Source of the DNA: Vicugna vicugna
Taxonomy: Eukaryota
Reading direction: 5' to 3'
DNA length: 64,000 bases
NCBI GenBank assembly: GCA_013265495.1
Contig: MU058226.1
Span: forward strand, 272,741-336,740
Part shown: in pieces, positions 26,981 to 42,220 of the stretch
Position numbering within the stretch: the first letter of the stretch is position 1
How the letters are laid out: each line of letters starts with the position of its first letter
Made by a program: the position numbers and the translations under genes
Notes under the pieces: generated by a model
Databases searched by the model: none
Told to the model about the DNA's origin: nothing
Seen by the model: only the letters and a program-made list of their open reading frames with translations

Positions 26981-28077
26981 CACGGGAGGAAACCGGAGTC
27001 CTAAGGGGAAGGAGGAGAGGCGCTGGAAAGGGTCATTGTTGACTCCGCCCACCCAGTCTCCGTTTTCAGGCGAGTGGTCAGCCAAGTAGTTTGAAGTTGA
27101 CAAGAAAGATCAGCACTAGACTTGTAATTGTAGGGCGATGAGAGGCTCCTGGGGCTCAAACTAGTTGGTGGTTTAAAGTAGGATTAAGGGCTACAGGACT
27201 CCGGGGACACCCAAAATACAGAAAGTTCCCGAGTTTCTCTAAGAGGGTAGGGTATCTGTGGGCCAAATTGGAGCCTGACGCTGATAGAAGGAGCCGCGGT
27301 TTGGGCCAGTGCGCGGAGGGGCGGGACTGCCTGTCTGGGCTGCGGGAGGATTGATTGCCTTGGTCTTGGCCGTCTGTGGCGTTTTTCCTATCCTATTTTT
27401 AAAATGAGAAGGACAAGGGAGGAGATAATGCAATATAGTTTTTGACGTCATCTTTAGCCCTATATAGATGGAATACCTGAGGATGGTGGAGTTTGAATTT
27501 TCACAAGAGAAGCAATCAGGTAAACGATTCTTAAACTGGAGAATATTCACAACGCCTTAGAAGGTTAAGGAGTGTGGGGAGGGAAGGGCCGGGCTGGATC
27601 CGCTGGGCACTGTCCCTGTCCAGAGCCACTTCCCTTTGCCTTGGGCTGGACTGGGGCTAGAGGGGGAAAAAAAAACTTTTTCTATAGATATTCAACTGTC
27701 TTTAGGCCTTTTGGGCTTCTTCCATTCCTCATCCTTCCCAGCCTGGGATGCGGGTCGCTACCCTCCCTATTTTCTGTCTCTTAATTCCCAGTTCAGCCTC
27801 TGATGATGGGTAGTGCCAGGGTTAACTTCAGGGTCGCGAATTTGGTCTTCTGCCCTGTCACTTGCAGCTGTCCTAGGTTGTCCACCACTTTTAAATAAAT
27901 GTGGTGTGGTGTTGAGCCTGCGGGGGGGTGGGGCAAGAACGTTCAGTCCTCTTTAACAGCGTCATATGTTAGTATTAGTTGGCAGGTGGTCCATTTTAAG
28001 CGGACTGGTCAGGACGATGCTGTAAGGTGGGAGAGACTGGCCAGACCCAGGTTCCAGCTCTCTTCTAAAAACTTTAG

Positions 28078-28203
28078 GTTCTTTTTGGGGACAGGGGTAT
28101 AATTAAGGTTATTTATTTAGTTGAGGTACTAGAATAGAACCCAGGATCTCATGCATTCTAGCCATGCACTCTACCACTGAGCTATATACCCTACCCCCCC
28201 CCC
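28078..28203 (-). mobile_element. tRNA-Ala-derived SINE (Vic-1 type)
   Basis: Antisense TATAGCTCAGTGGTAGAGTGCATGGCTAGAATGCATGAGATCCTGGGTTC. Confidence 0.75.
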
Positions 28204-29916
28204 CGAAAATTTCAGGTTATTTGCTGAGCGCTTAATTCATCCAATTAGTTTTTTATCCTAGATTTCAACTTTCTGTGCATATCCTCCTTGTTTTAAATAC
28301 AGTCAAATTTGGTAAAAATTTTTTTGGCTTTTGTTTCTTCACCCTTTGTGGGCAATACAAGACCCCTTGTTAGGTGCCTGAAAAGAAAATGTGAGGGATA
28401 GTAAAGCTAGAGTATGGGGCTCACAACCCTGCAAAATAGACTCATTTCCATACCCACATCTCTTGAGCACAGAGCACAAGTAGGAGGAGGCAGTTTTTGA
28501 TGAAGAGGAGAAATCTTGCTTTTGAACACTCTTGCTCAGTTGGCTTTCTTTACACACACACACACGTAGACACTTCTTCCTGGAATTCAGTTGTTTATTA
28601 TATAATTTGCTCAGGCTAATCTAAACTGATGTTGTAAAAAGTTTGCTTTTACAAACCTGTGTGTGTGTGTGTGTGCACGTAAGCGGTAACTTTTTTTTAC
28701 ATTCAGATGTGACTCCCTAATGACTCACCTCCTTAATCTAGTCGAACTGGTCAAACTTCAGGAACTTTCCATTTCTTTATGCAGTCCCTGGCTGGGGATT
28801 CCTCAAACTTCCATCTTAGCTGCCCAGTGTATGAACACTTCTAGAGACCCCTGACCTCACCCTCACCCCCCAAGCTTCCTCACCATCAGCTGGCTACCAG
28901 CAGCAGTTCTGGATTCACTCATTTCTTGTCTCCAAATTTGCAATTGTGTGTATGCCTCTGTCTTGAAGCAAAGGGCATCACTATCTCCACTGGCAGGTAA
29001 ACATGGTGATAGCGCATTAAATTTTGCTGCTGCTGGGGTACCAGAAAAAGAGCAATTCAAAAATGCTGTTTTCCATGAATGAGGCAGTCACATACATATT
29101 GTATTTGATCTACCTTTTATGTTGTCTCTCTTTGTGGACTAGTCTGGAAACCAAAAACATCTGTACTCCTTTTCCATATCCTACAAGGAGAAGGTCTCTT
29201 GAATTTCGTCTTTCCTTTTGCACTGGATGTTTCCCAAGGCAGAAACTCAGTTAAAGGTTTAACTGGTGTCCAAGGTGATCATAAAAATCCCAAGAGATTT
29301 TCCAGCATTTTAACTTGACTAATTTTGGAATTAGATTTTTATGGGGTTTGATGTTTGGAAAGATCAAAGCTCAGTTTCCCCAAGTCAGATGGGATGTCAG
29401 GTAAAATTTAAGGTGGGGTTGTGAAGAGAAAGTGTGGAGAATGCTGACTGCCAGCGGCAGGAAGTGTAGGGGAAGGGAGCCTTCCTCACCCTGTAACTGC
29501 AGGATCTTTTTCCTTCTCTCTCCTTTTTCCTACAGTTTTTCAAACAGTATCCTTTTCCCCTCAATTCTATTCATTTTTTTAAAAATGGTATAATTCTAGG
29601 TTTATCCAAAGAAAGCAAAAGAGCCAGGCTTTTTTTTTTTTAACTGCCAAATGGCAAATGCTTCAATGACTTGGGAACCCTGCAGATTTCCAGCAACATC
29701 GGAAAAAACCAGGGAAAGGGAAGACCTGGATTTGCATCAGGACTCTACTTCTGTCTCACATTCAAGAACACTTTCTTGTTGAGGCTGTTTTTCTTTTCTT
29801 TAACAATGAAGTTCTTGCAAGTCTCTATATCTCTAAGTTAGAATAAACAGTATATATGTCACAGAAATGTGGCATCAAAGATTACAATGATAATACTTAT
29901 GGTGAGGCCTTAGTAC

Positions 29917-30377
29917 TGTGAAGGAAAAACCGGGCTGGTCTAACAAGATAACTCACAAGTCCAGGAATTGTGAAGGAGAGGCTGGGCTAACAAGATAACT
30001 CACAAATCTAAGTATTGGAATACTGACCTGAGTTCTGCAAGACTAACTTGTAAATCTAGGTTAATTAGTGTTGGTTTGCTCTTCATGTTTTTTTGCTAGC
30101 CAGCTGGATTTTCAAAGATACGTATCTGGCTTTGGAATGTTGGTTTGCTGCCTCCCCACCTTCACTTTTGTGATGATAATGCTGCTAAGGCTGTTCCATG
30201 CCTATTTGCCGAATACCCCAAGCTTGTACTTTACCCTATAAAACCTCATGTGCACGTCTTGGAGGTGCTCAGAGCTTCGGAGCAGAAGCCCCTCTGAGCC
30301 CGCCGGCGTAATGCATCTGAGTACTCCAACCCTCCGAGTGGTGCTTGTTTCTTGACTGGCCTGTCATTTCCATAACA
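29917..30377 (+). mobile_element. Solo ERV LTR with 4-bp target-site duplication
   Basis: GTAC|TGTGAAGG...CCATAACA|GTAC; internal tandem duplication of CTAACAAGATAACTCACAA; TATAAA at ~30237. Confidence 0.8.
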
Positions 30378-30829
30378 GTACAGTTCCTCTATAGTGCTCA
30401 AAAGTTTTCTTTTAGTTCCATTCTTTTGTTGGGGTCCCACACTCTCATCTCTTACCTCAAACATTCTCACTGAGGCGCTTACAAGGATGAGGACTACTAC
30501 CAGGACTATGGTATTACTTTAAGTTTATCAAATAAACTATCTTAAAAACTTTCAGGCAGAGGCCATTCAGCCAAATCTTTCCATTTTCATAGATGAGCAC
30601 AAAGGATCAGTGGCTTAGTGGCTTGGTCTAGTCACCCGGACAGGTAATTACAGAACCGGTAATTGACCCACATGTCCTCATGCTCCCTGTTTTGGACTCC
30701 TGCCAATACTGACACAGATGCTATCAATTCACTCTCTAAAACGAGGAAAACAAATGGCCACAGAAGAGGGGAGTGAAGAGTGAATGTCAGGGCTCTGCGC
30801 CCATTAGGGGCACCACAGTGGTTTGTGAC

Positions 30830-31800
30830 CCGCGAGGGCCTCCCCTCCTGACTCCTGCTTCTCACTCACTACTATCGCCCCCACCTTTTCCACCCTTACA
30901 GCTTCTCCCAGCTCCGCCTCCCCTTCCCTTCATAGCAGACTGGTTAGTCAGAAAGAGGGGAAGGGAGGGGGAACTCTGTTACTATGGCTAGGCTGGCACA
31001 CAGTTCAGAGAATCTTCTGGAAACTAAATGTAGAGCCGTGACTAAGCTTGATGTTCTCGGGTAGAGTTGGGGGGTGGGGAGACTTGGGTGGACAGTTTGT
31101 TTGTTGAGGAGTGTTCCTACGAGCCAGTCCCCGCCTTCGAGCCCAGAGAACGCCAGGAAGTTCCAGGAACAGCCCGAAGCCGGCAAGGAGCCAGAGCCCG
31201 CAAGACCCCGATAGAGCGGGCGGGGAGGGGCGGAGCCGCCGCTGGGGCCTGACGGCGGGGCTGGCCGCGGAGCTGCCTGGCTGCGGAGCTACCTGGCTGG
31301 TGCCCGCGTTTTGCGGTGGTTTTTTCAAAATCGGATTAAAGGAGTGAATAAAGGGGGAATCCTGTGGAGTTTCACTCAACCTCGCTAACTTATTAGACGA
31401 AAACATTGGAAAATTTTGTAACTCATACAAGTAAGCCAGATGAATTGAGTGGCCAGACGCGAGAAGAGAAAGTCCCCGTCGTCCCTGAGGCGAAAGTGCC
31501 TTGGCCCTGGGCTGGGACGGGCCACAGACGGGAGGCTGCTGGTTTCTCTCTGCCGCCACCTCACCTCCCAACTCTAGTCCTGGTTCCCGTGGGGACGTTT
31601 AGAGGGTTAAAAAGGTCGAGGACCCTCGCAGGTGATTCTGGTCTCGTGGGTTTCCCCCGTCTTCCCAACCTGTGCGCCCTGTTGTGCCCTCCCCGATTCT
31701 GCACTGGGCGCGATCGGGGCCGGCGGGGTGGGGCGTGTTTACCTCGGCATCGTGAATTCATCGCTAATTCGCTCCGCTACCAGACCCCTTAACATCGTTT
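30830..31800. promoter_or_regulatory. Intergenic CpG island / putative heat-shock enhancer
   Basis: CpG-dense, GC boxes, perfect HSE aGAAtcTTCtgGAAa at 31009-31023; no recognisable gene. Confidence 0.6.
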
Positions 31801-34434
31801 TAATGAGCTGCAGCTAGGGGAAGGCGAAGGAACTGGTGAGGTTGCTCTGTCCCACTGAACTAAAGTGGATACTTTACCAGTAACCCTAAGGTGATTAGTT
31901 AAGAATTTTGACAGTTACCATTTATTATCCTTACGGTGAGGATCGTCCCTCACAAATCGCCAATATTGGGTTTTTACCTGAAATAACCTCTTTTAACCTA
32001 AAGCCTATGTTTCTGCCCACTTATCTCACATTAATAAGTTATTTGTTGTTGTTTTGGTATTTTTAAAATTTCTGATGGCAGAACCCTGTTAAACACCAGG
32101 AATAACAGTATGTGTGTTACTTATTTAATAAAGCGATACCCTGGGCTTTAAAGACATAAAATCAGTCACTTTACTAGAGCCATCTGCCTTCTGAGGGCTG
32201 GCATAGGGAAATAAGTGAGATTGGAATTAGGGAAGGTATTAGATTTTAAAAATTCTTTCATCTACAATTGTTTTTCCTCCATGCACCTCCTCTCCTTCAA
32301 AGTTCCTGCTGCTACGCAAAACACCACTTCCTCCAGAGATAGCACTACATTCTCCTTGCTCAACTTCATCTCCTGCAGCTTAGATTAAAGCTGATTATTT
32401 TCAAAGTACTCTGTACAAGGGTATGCAAGCAATACGATCTTCACTTTTTTAAAAAAAAATTCACTTCTTAATAAAACACCTACTCAGTAATCTTAATTGA
32501 CCTAGCCATAGGAACTCATTTTCTTCAAGGTAATTTCTGGAGATTTCCCTAACCTCTTTTTTCCCCCCTAACCTTTCTTAACAAAGGTGTTTGTCCTTTT
32601 CAGTCTCCACCCTCTTCTACCTACCCTCCCCATCCCCTGCCATCCCCCTCCTTCGCACCCCCCCCCCAAATGGAGTAGGTGCTGGCTTCAAGAGTTACTG
32701 TATTATATATAGATGACAGTCACAAATGCTCCTGCAACTCTAAGGGGTAGAGGAGGTCCTGCAGCAAGTGCACATCCCCATGAAGTTTGATTTACCTGTG
32801 GCTGGAGCCCACAGTGTAACAGTTGAGCTACTTTGAGGGTTAAATGTGTCGTTATAAGCTGGCCCGGAAGCCTAGCATCTCTTGGATTTCCATTTCTAAA
32901 CTTCCAGGACAAGGTCAACCTGTATGTGCCATTCCCATAATACTGGATTTTCTCCAAAGGCAAGTGTTTAGTAAAAGGTTTGGTGGGCCTTGAGGTACAC
33001 AAATACAAAGTGCTTTTGTAGAATGTTGATACAATTTTTTTTACTGTTTTTGTTGAAGTAAATTCACATAACATAAACCATTTTAAAGTGTACAGTTTAG
33101 TGCTTCCTAGTTCATACACATGTTGTGAAAACCATCACCTCTATCTAGTTCAAAAACATCTTTGTAACCCCTCAACACAACTGATTTTTATAGGGGCTCA
33201 CACCCCAAGCCTTGAGAATTGTGCCAAAAAAGAAGCTGCGGAGTAGATTATTTCTAGCATGCTAGCAGCTAGGGCATGAAGCATCTCAAAGGGAAGGAAG
33301 TCTTTGGCAAGTCTTCCTGCTACAGGGCTGCAGGTTTTTTCTCTCTCTTCTAATTTAACAAATACTAATCCTCTGCCATCATCCCTTGACACATTTGTCA
33401 AGGATTATACAGAGTAAAAGCAAGAAGTACTGACTGTAAAACCTAGCGTAGAAACAACTCAGAACCAGACACATACGAACAAAAGCCGTGTGGACTTGGG
33501 GCAGCATGACAAAAACTGATACAATCTGAGTTGGAATCCAGATCCAACATCTTTGCTGAACTGGTTGTTGTTTCTAACCTTGAAATAAATAATTTTAGTT
33601 AAGCAAGTATCTTTTAAGTCTCCTAGATGTTCATCTGTGCAAGTCAAACACTACTTAAACTCAGTGTGGTGGATGGGATGAGGATTAATAAACACCTACA
33701 AGGCCCCAGTACAGTGCCTGGTAGGCAAGAGCAATTAAATACTGGGATTCTCCTGTTGGGGCATAAAACACTCGACACCTCCCTAAGGTACTCATTGGGA
33801 TCCTTAAAATGTAGGTAGGTAACCACTGCTGGAAATTCTCAGCATTCTTTCAGAAGTAAGAACTACAGGCTGAGGCATCAGGCCAAATCCCTTCGTTTTA
33901 AAAATTGAAAACTAGGGACCACGGTGACTAACCCTACTTGTGTGTAACCAGGCAAGCCAGGGCTCGAATTCACACCTCCTCACTGTCAACTCAGGACTCA
34001 CCTCTTTCATGCAGAATTCAGATTAAGTAACAAGGCTTTAACATATCACAGGTACTCACAGGAAGAGGCAGCTATGACCATCTAACTGCCTCTCCTTTCT
34101 GTCTGCTTCTCCAGGAACACCCCCACTACCAAGCTCATTTTTAGGCCATTTTTACCCACGGTCACTCCCCTCAGCAGCCTTGAGGCAACCATGCTAGTTA
34201 ACCCTTGATATTTTGGGGCCCACCAACCCAAACCATTCAAAACAAGCAGTTTTATGCCTCCCCAGGATACTATTTGCCTAAAAGTGGATCACAATGCAGT
34301 GCTTAATTTCCAGATCACTAACCTTATCTAACAGGCACATTGCCATCCCATTTTAGACCCTGTAAGAAAGACAACCTAGGCAGACCATTCTGACCTCAAA
34401 ATAAATCAGGCAGACATCACTCAAATTATTTGAC

Positions 34435-34440
34435 TTTATT
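34435..34440 (-). terminator. HSPA1A polyadenylation signal
   Basis: TTTATT on + strand ~270 nt downstream of the stop codon. Confidence 0.7.
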
Positions 34441-34710
34441 CACTTTGAAGTAAACAGTCACACACACACACAAAAAGCCTGTGTTGACATGAATATTACA
34501 AAAAAGAAAATGAACAAAAGATGGCAGTATACATTCACCTCTACATTTAGACTCTGAAAAAATAGTTAGTTCATAACTTCACCAAGAAACACAGTTCACT
34601 TCAAAACAACTTGCATACTAGAGAGCTGATGAAAGGCAGCTATAAGGCAATGAGAAGTCTTGAACCCAACCGTCTCCATAACAAAACATGAGCTACCAGG
34701 GGAAGCACTC

Positions 34711-36636
<1,926 letters not shown>

Positions 36637-36859
36637 GCCTGTGCCCTGCCTTTTCTCCGCCCCGCAATGAGCTTCAGACCTGAAAACGGCTGACGGGATC
36701 GGTGATGAGGAGCTGAGTCGTTTATGGAGCCTGAAACTGAAGGCGCCGGTGTCGTCCGGGGTGGTCCTCGGAGGCAGTGGGTCTGCAAAAGCTGTCCTCA
36801 CGGACTACACAACGCACCTCGCGTCTCAGCTGGCTTGCAGTTGCTCTAGGGCGGAACGG

Positions 36860-37230
36860 CTGTGTTTATAATTCTTCATGGAGCCCCTCCTTTTTCCTCC
36901 TCAGCCAATCACCGAGCTCGGCGGAGCTGCCAGGTCGGGAATTTTCCAGGGGTTTCGCCTCAAGTCCTGCCCCCTGGCTTTCTGGGACCAATCAGCGCCC
37001 TGTGTCTCGTCCCTCCCAGAACTCTCCAGACTCTTCTGGGGCTTGCTGGGCTGGCACTGTCACCGGGAGGGGGAGGTGGAATGGGTAGAGAGTTAGTGGG
37101 GTCAGCCGGCTGCGGGGGCGGGGCGGCGGCGGGTTGGGAGAAGAGGGTGGGGCGTGAGTGTTGACGCTTCCTGCCGCCGAGTCGCGTTACAATGGAGATA
37201 CTGCCTCTGACGTCACGGACTATTAGGGAA
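36860..37230. promoter_or_regulatory. Bidirectional HSPA1A / HSPA1L promoter
   Basis: TATA at ~36865-36871 (minus), CCAAT 36905, HSEs ~36937-36956 and ~37018-37037, GC boxes, perfect CRE TGACGTCA at 37208-37215. Confidence 0.85.
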
Positions 37231-37274
37231 TCAGGAGGATAGGACTGAAGCCGGCTCAGAGTTGTAGGGTGGGC

Positions 37275-37336
37275 NNNNNNNNNNNNNNNNNNNNNNNNNN
37301 NNNNNNNNNNNNNNNNNNNNNNNNNNNNNNNNNNNN
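37275..37336. other. Assembly gap (62 N)
   Basis: Run of N flanked by G-rich sequence. Confidence 0.99.
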
Positions 37337-38074
37337 GGTGGGCGGGTGGGGGGTGGGGGGACACCGTCTGTGCAGTTTGAATATTGAGGGAGCCCCCAGC
37401 TACAGGGGCTCAGCAGTCCGAACCCTATCAAACTGGATCGAAGGCGGCGGGATACTAGGTGAGCCAAGAGGGCTCTGATTGAAATGAGCTGGGAAAAGGC
37501 AAGACTAGTAGGTCCTTGTTTGAGACAGTGCTGGAAAGTTACCTAGTTTGTTTAAGTCTAAGGTATGGGGGCGTTGGCCAACCAGGGAAGGTGGGGGGGA
37601 GGTCCTTTGAGGTGGCTGGGATTGGTCAGAGCTGCCGGAAAGAGGGAGGAGCCGGGCTGTTTTTGTCTCCAGATGACAGGAGTTTAATTTGTGAAAAGGT
37701 TAGAGAAAGAGACTGCCTTGAAGAGCAGCACCTCGCCTGAGAAAACCGTGAGGGCTTGATTGGGTTCCGAGCAGCCATCTTCAGAGTGGCCAGAATTTAC
37801 TCCCACTAATCCCTAAAGAGAGTAAAAGGAGACTAGGAGGTTAGCTAAACCCACGTGTGGAGATTGATGTCTCCTGGGGAGATCAGAACTGCAAATAATC
37901 TGAGCTCAGCAGGAGACAGGTACAATCTCAGAATAAAATTTGTCACAAAGAGGCAGTTGAGTGAGGCCCTGTGAGAAACTGAAAACAGCGGATGCCGTTG
38001 GTCTCCCACTCCCAGCTGGCCAGGAGTACTTTTGCCTACCTTGTCCAAAAAGCACTGTGCCACAAAAAAAAAAT

Positions 38075-38587
38075 TGTACACAGAAACGATATTTGAACAC
38101 AGAGTATGTGGCAGAGTTATTCACAATAGCCGTAAGGTGGAAGCAGCTCAAGTGCTACAGAGGGAATAAACGAATAAACAAAAAGTGCTACGTAACATAC
38201 AAGGAAAATTACTCAGCTTTGAAAGGGAAGGAAATTCTGACACATGGTGTAACATAGAGGAACTTGAAGTATTATGCTAAGTGAAATAAGCTGGTCACAA
38301 AAAGAAAGAATTAGTGTATAATTCTACTGATATGAGTGAGGTACCTAGAGTAGTCAAATGATGAGAGCCAAAAAGAATAGTGGTTGCCAAGGGCTGAGGG
38401 AAGAGGGGAAGGAGGAGTTGTTCAATGGGTCTAGAATTTCAGTTTTGCAAGATAAAAGATTCTGGAGATTGGTTGGACAACAGTGTGAGTGAACTTACTA
38501 CTGAACTGTGTGCCAAAAAATGATTAAGATGGTAAATTTCATGTAATGTGTATTTCACCACAATTAAAAATAAATAAAATTAAAAAG
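38075..38587 (+). mobile_element. L1 (L1MB-like) 3' end in the HSPA1L intron
   Basis: TATTCACAATAGCC, GGAAATTCTGACACATG, ATGCTAAGTGAAATAAG, GGTACCTAGAGTAGTCAAA, A-rich tail. Confidence 0.8.
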
Positions 38588-38637
38588 TTCTCAGCCAAAA
38601 GTTTATCTTATTCTCTCTCCACAGGCCTAGGAAAACC

Positions 38638-40563
<1,926 letters not shown>

Positions 40564-41799
40564 TCTTATCTGGAGCTGGAGGGTTCTAGGGTGCCTCTAA
40601 GATGAATTTTGTTTCCCTCATCTTCAAACATGATTATGATTCTTGAATTGACCTGAACCTAAATTACCATCCTTTTTGGATCATGAAGGAGGAGTTTCAT
40701 ATACCACCTTTTCACACTCCAACATCCTGTTTCTGACTCTGAAATGAGACTGTTAGGAAAACTAGGCCCCTCTCTGAACCATTTGCAGAATTTGAATGTC
40801 TGTTATTTATTTCTGGCCTCTCCAACTTTCTTCTTCCTGTGTAGATGGTTATTTGTCCCTCAGTAAATTTGTTCCTAAAGCAAATTGCTTCTGATATCTT
40901 TAGATTGTGTGTATCTTGAAAACTCGGGAAAAGGAGAGTTTGTAGAGAGAGCATGTGTGGTCTGCTTGTGAGCTAATTGTGAATGATTAAGCGGGTAAGG
41001 GCAAAGTATTTGAATTTTCATGGGCTAATTGTTTGAAGCAGGAAAACAACTTTGGATCATAAGGCACCTTTAACCCCAGTTAGAGGAGTTCCTAATTAGT
41101 TACTGCTAATATTTAGTGATAGACTGATCTAGGTGCTTAGGGTTCCACCTGGGGTTGGGGGCACAAACTTCTGCTAGATGTGCTGACGTCACTTAGGGGG
41201 GGGGTCTAGGAGATCCAGCACTCACAGAGTCCATTATTATATCCTTTAAATGCTGGAAATGTTTTTATAGCAAACTCCTAACAAACGGGTAGTTTTATGC
41301 AAGATGAAAAATGGAGGATTTAGTATGATCTTATTGAAAAACATTTCACCTGCTGTGTCATAATATCGCATACTTACAAAGCCTTGGGGACATGAGTATA
41401 GAAGTATGTGTAACTGCATTTGTGAACCTTTGAGAAGGCAATATTTGGATTTCAAATACTAGAATCGGTATTTCTATCCCCTGGCCAATCTGTTTAGTTT
41501 TACTCAGTCCTTTATAGGACAGCCCTAGGCAAAAGCGTAAAAGAAATATGGACTGAGGTTGGGTCCTCGGGAGGAATACAGTTATTGGGAACCTTTGATA
41601 AACTCAAGATTTGTACGCAGGCTCCTGATCTCGACGACTCAATATTTTTTTAACTTTTATTAAGTGTTACAAACATAGAAAAGTGTGCAAATCATTATGG
41701 TTTTTCACAAACTACCCAACAGTTTGCAATAGGAAATGTCTTTAGGGTGTGAGCAAATCATGCCGGGACTTCATTGTCATGGAGAGGAACAAAAACCTC

Positions 41800-42220
41800 T
41801 GAGAGGCGGTGAGCGGGCCTCTCTGACACCCGGGCAGCAGCTGAGGCCAGCGCCTGCGCGATGGGAGCCCGCCGCTCCGGGAGGAAGTCGAAAGGCAGGA
41901 AGCCCCGCCCCTTTCCCGGCTTTAGCGTCCCTTCTGCTCTACACCACCGGCTCTCCGCGAGTCCGCCGCGCGCTCTTCTCCATCCCTCGGAGCTCTCCGC
42001 GGCGCGTCCCGCTGCGCCTGCGCGACCCCGCCCCGTCCCACGCGCGGGCTCGCGCTCGAGTTCCCGCCCGGCCTCCGGCCCGCGGCACCCGGCCGTCGCC
42101 TTCCCGGTCCCGCAGGCAGCCCGCGGCGCAAGCACCATGGTGGGTACCGTGACGTCACAAGCGGGCGCCCTCGGGGAGCGCTGGCCTTTGGGACGGTTCG
42201 GGGCTGTGTGGGGGAACCCT
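41800..42220 (+). promoter_or_regulatory. LSM2 CpG-island promoter
   Basis: CpG-dense; ETS-like GGAAG sites, NRF1-like TGCGCCTGCGC, GC boxes, CRE at 42150-42157. Confidence 0.75.

Noticed and set aside
31005..31817. 188-aa and 128-aa ORFs in the intergenic CpG island
   Set aside because: Low-complexity Pro/Arg/Gly/Ala translations expected from GC-rich DNA; no recognisable domain
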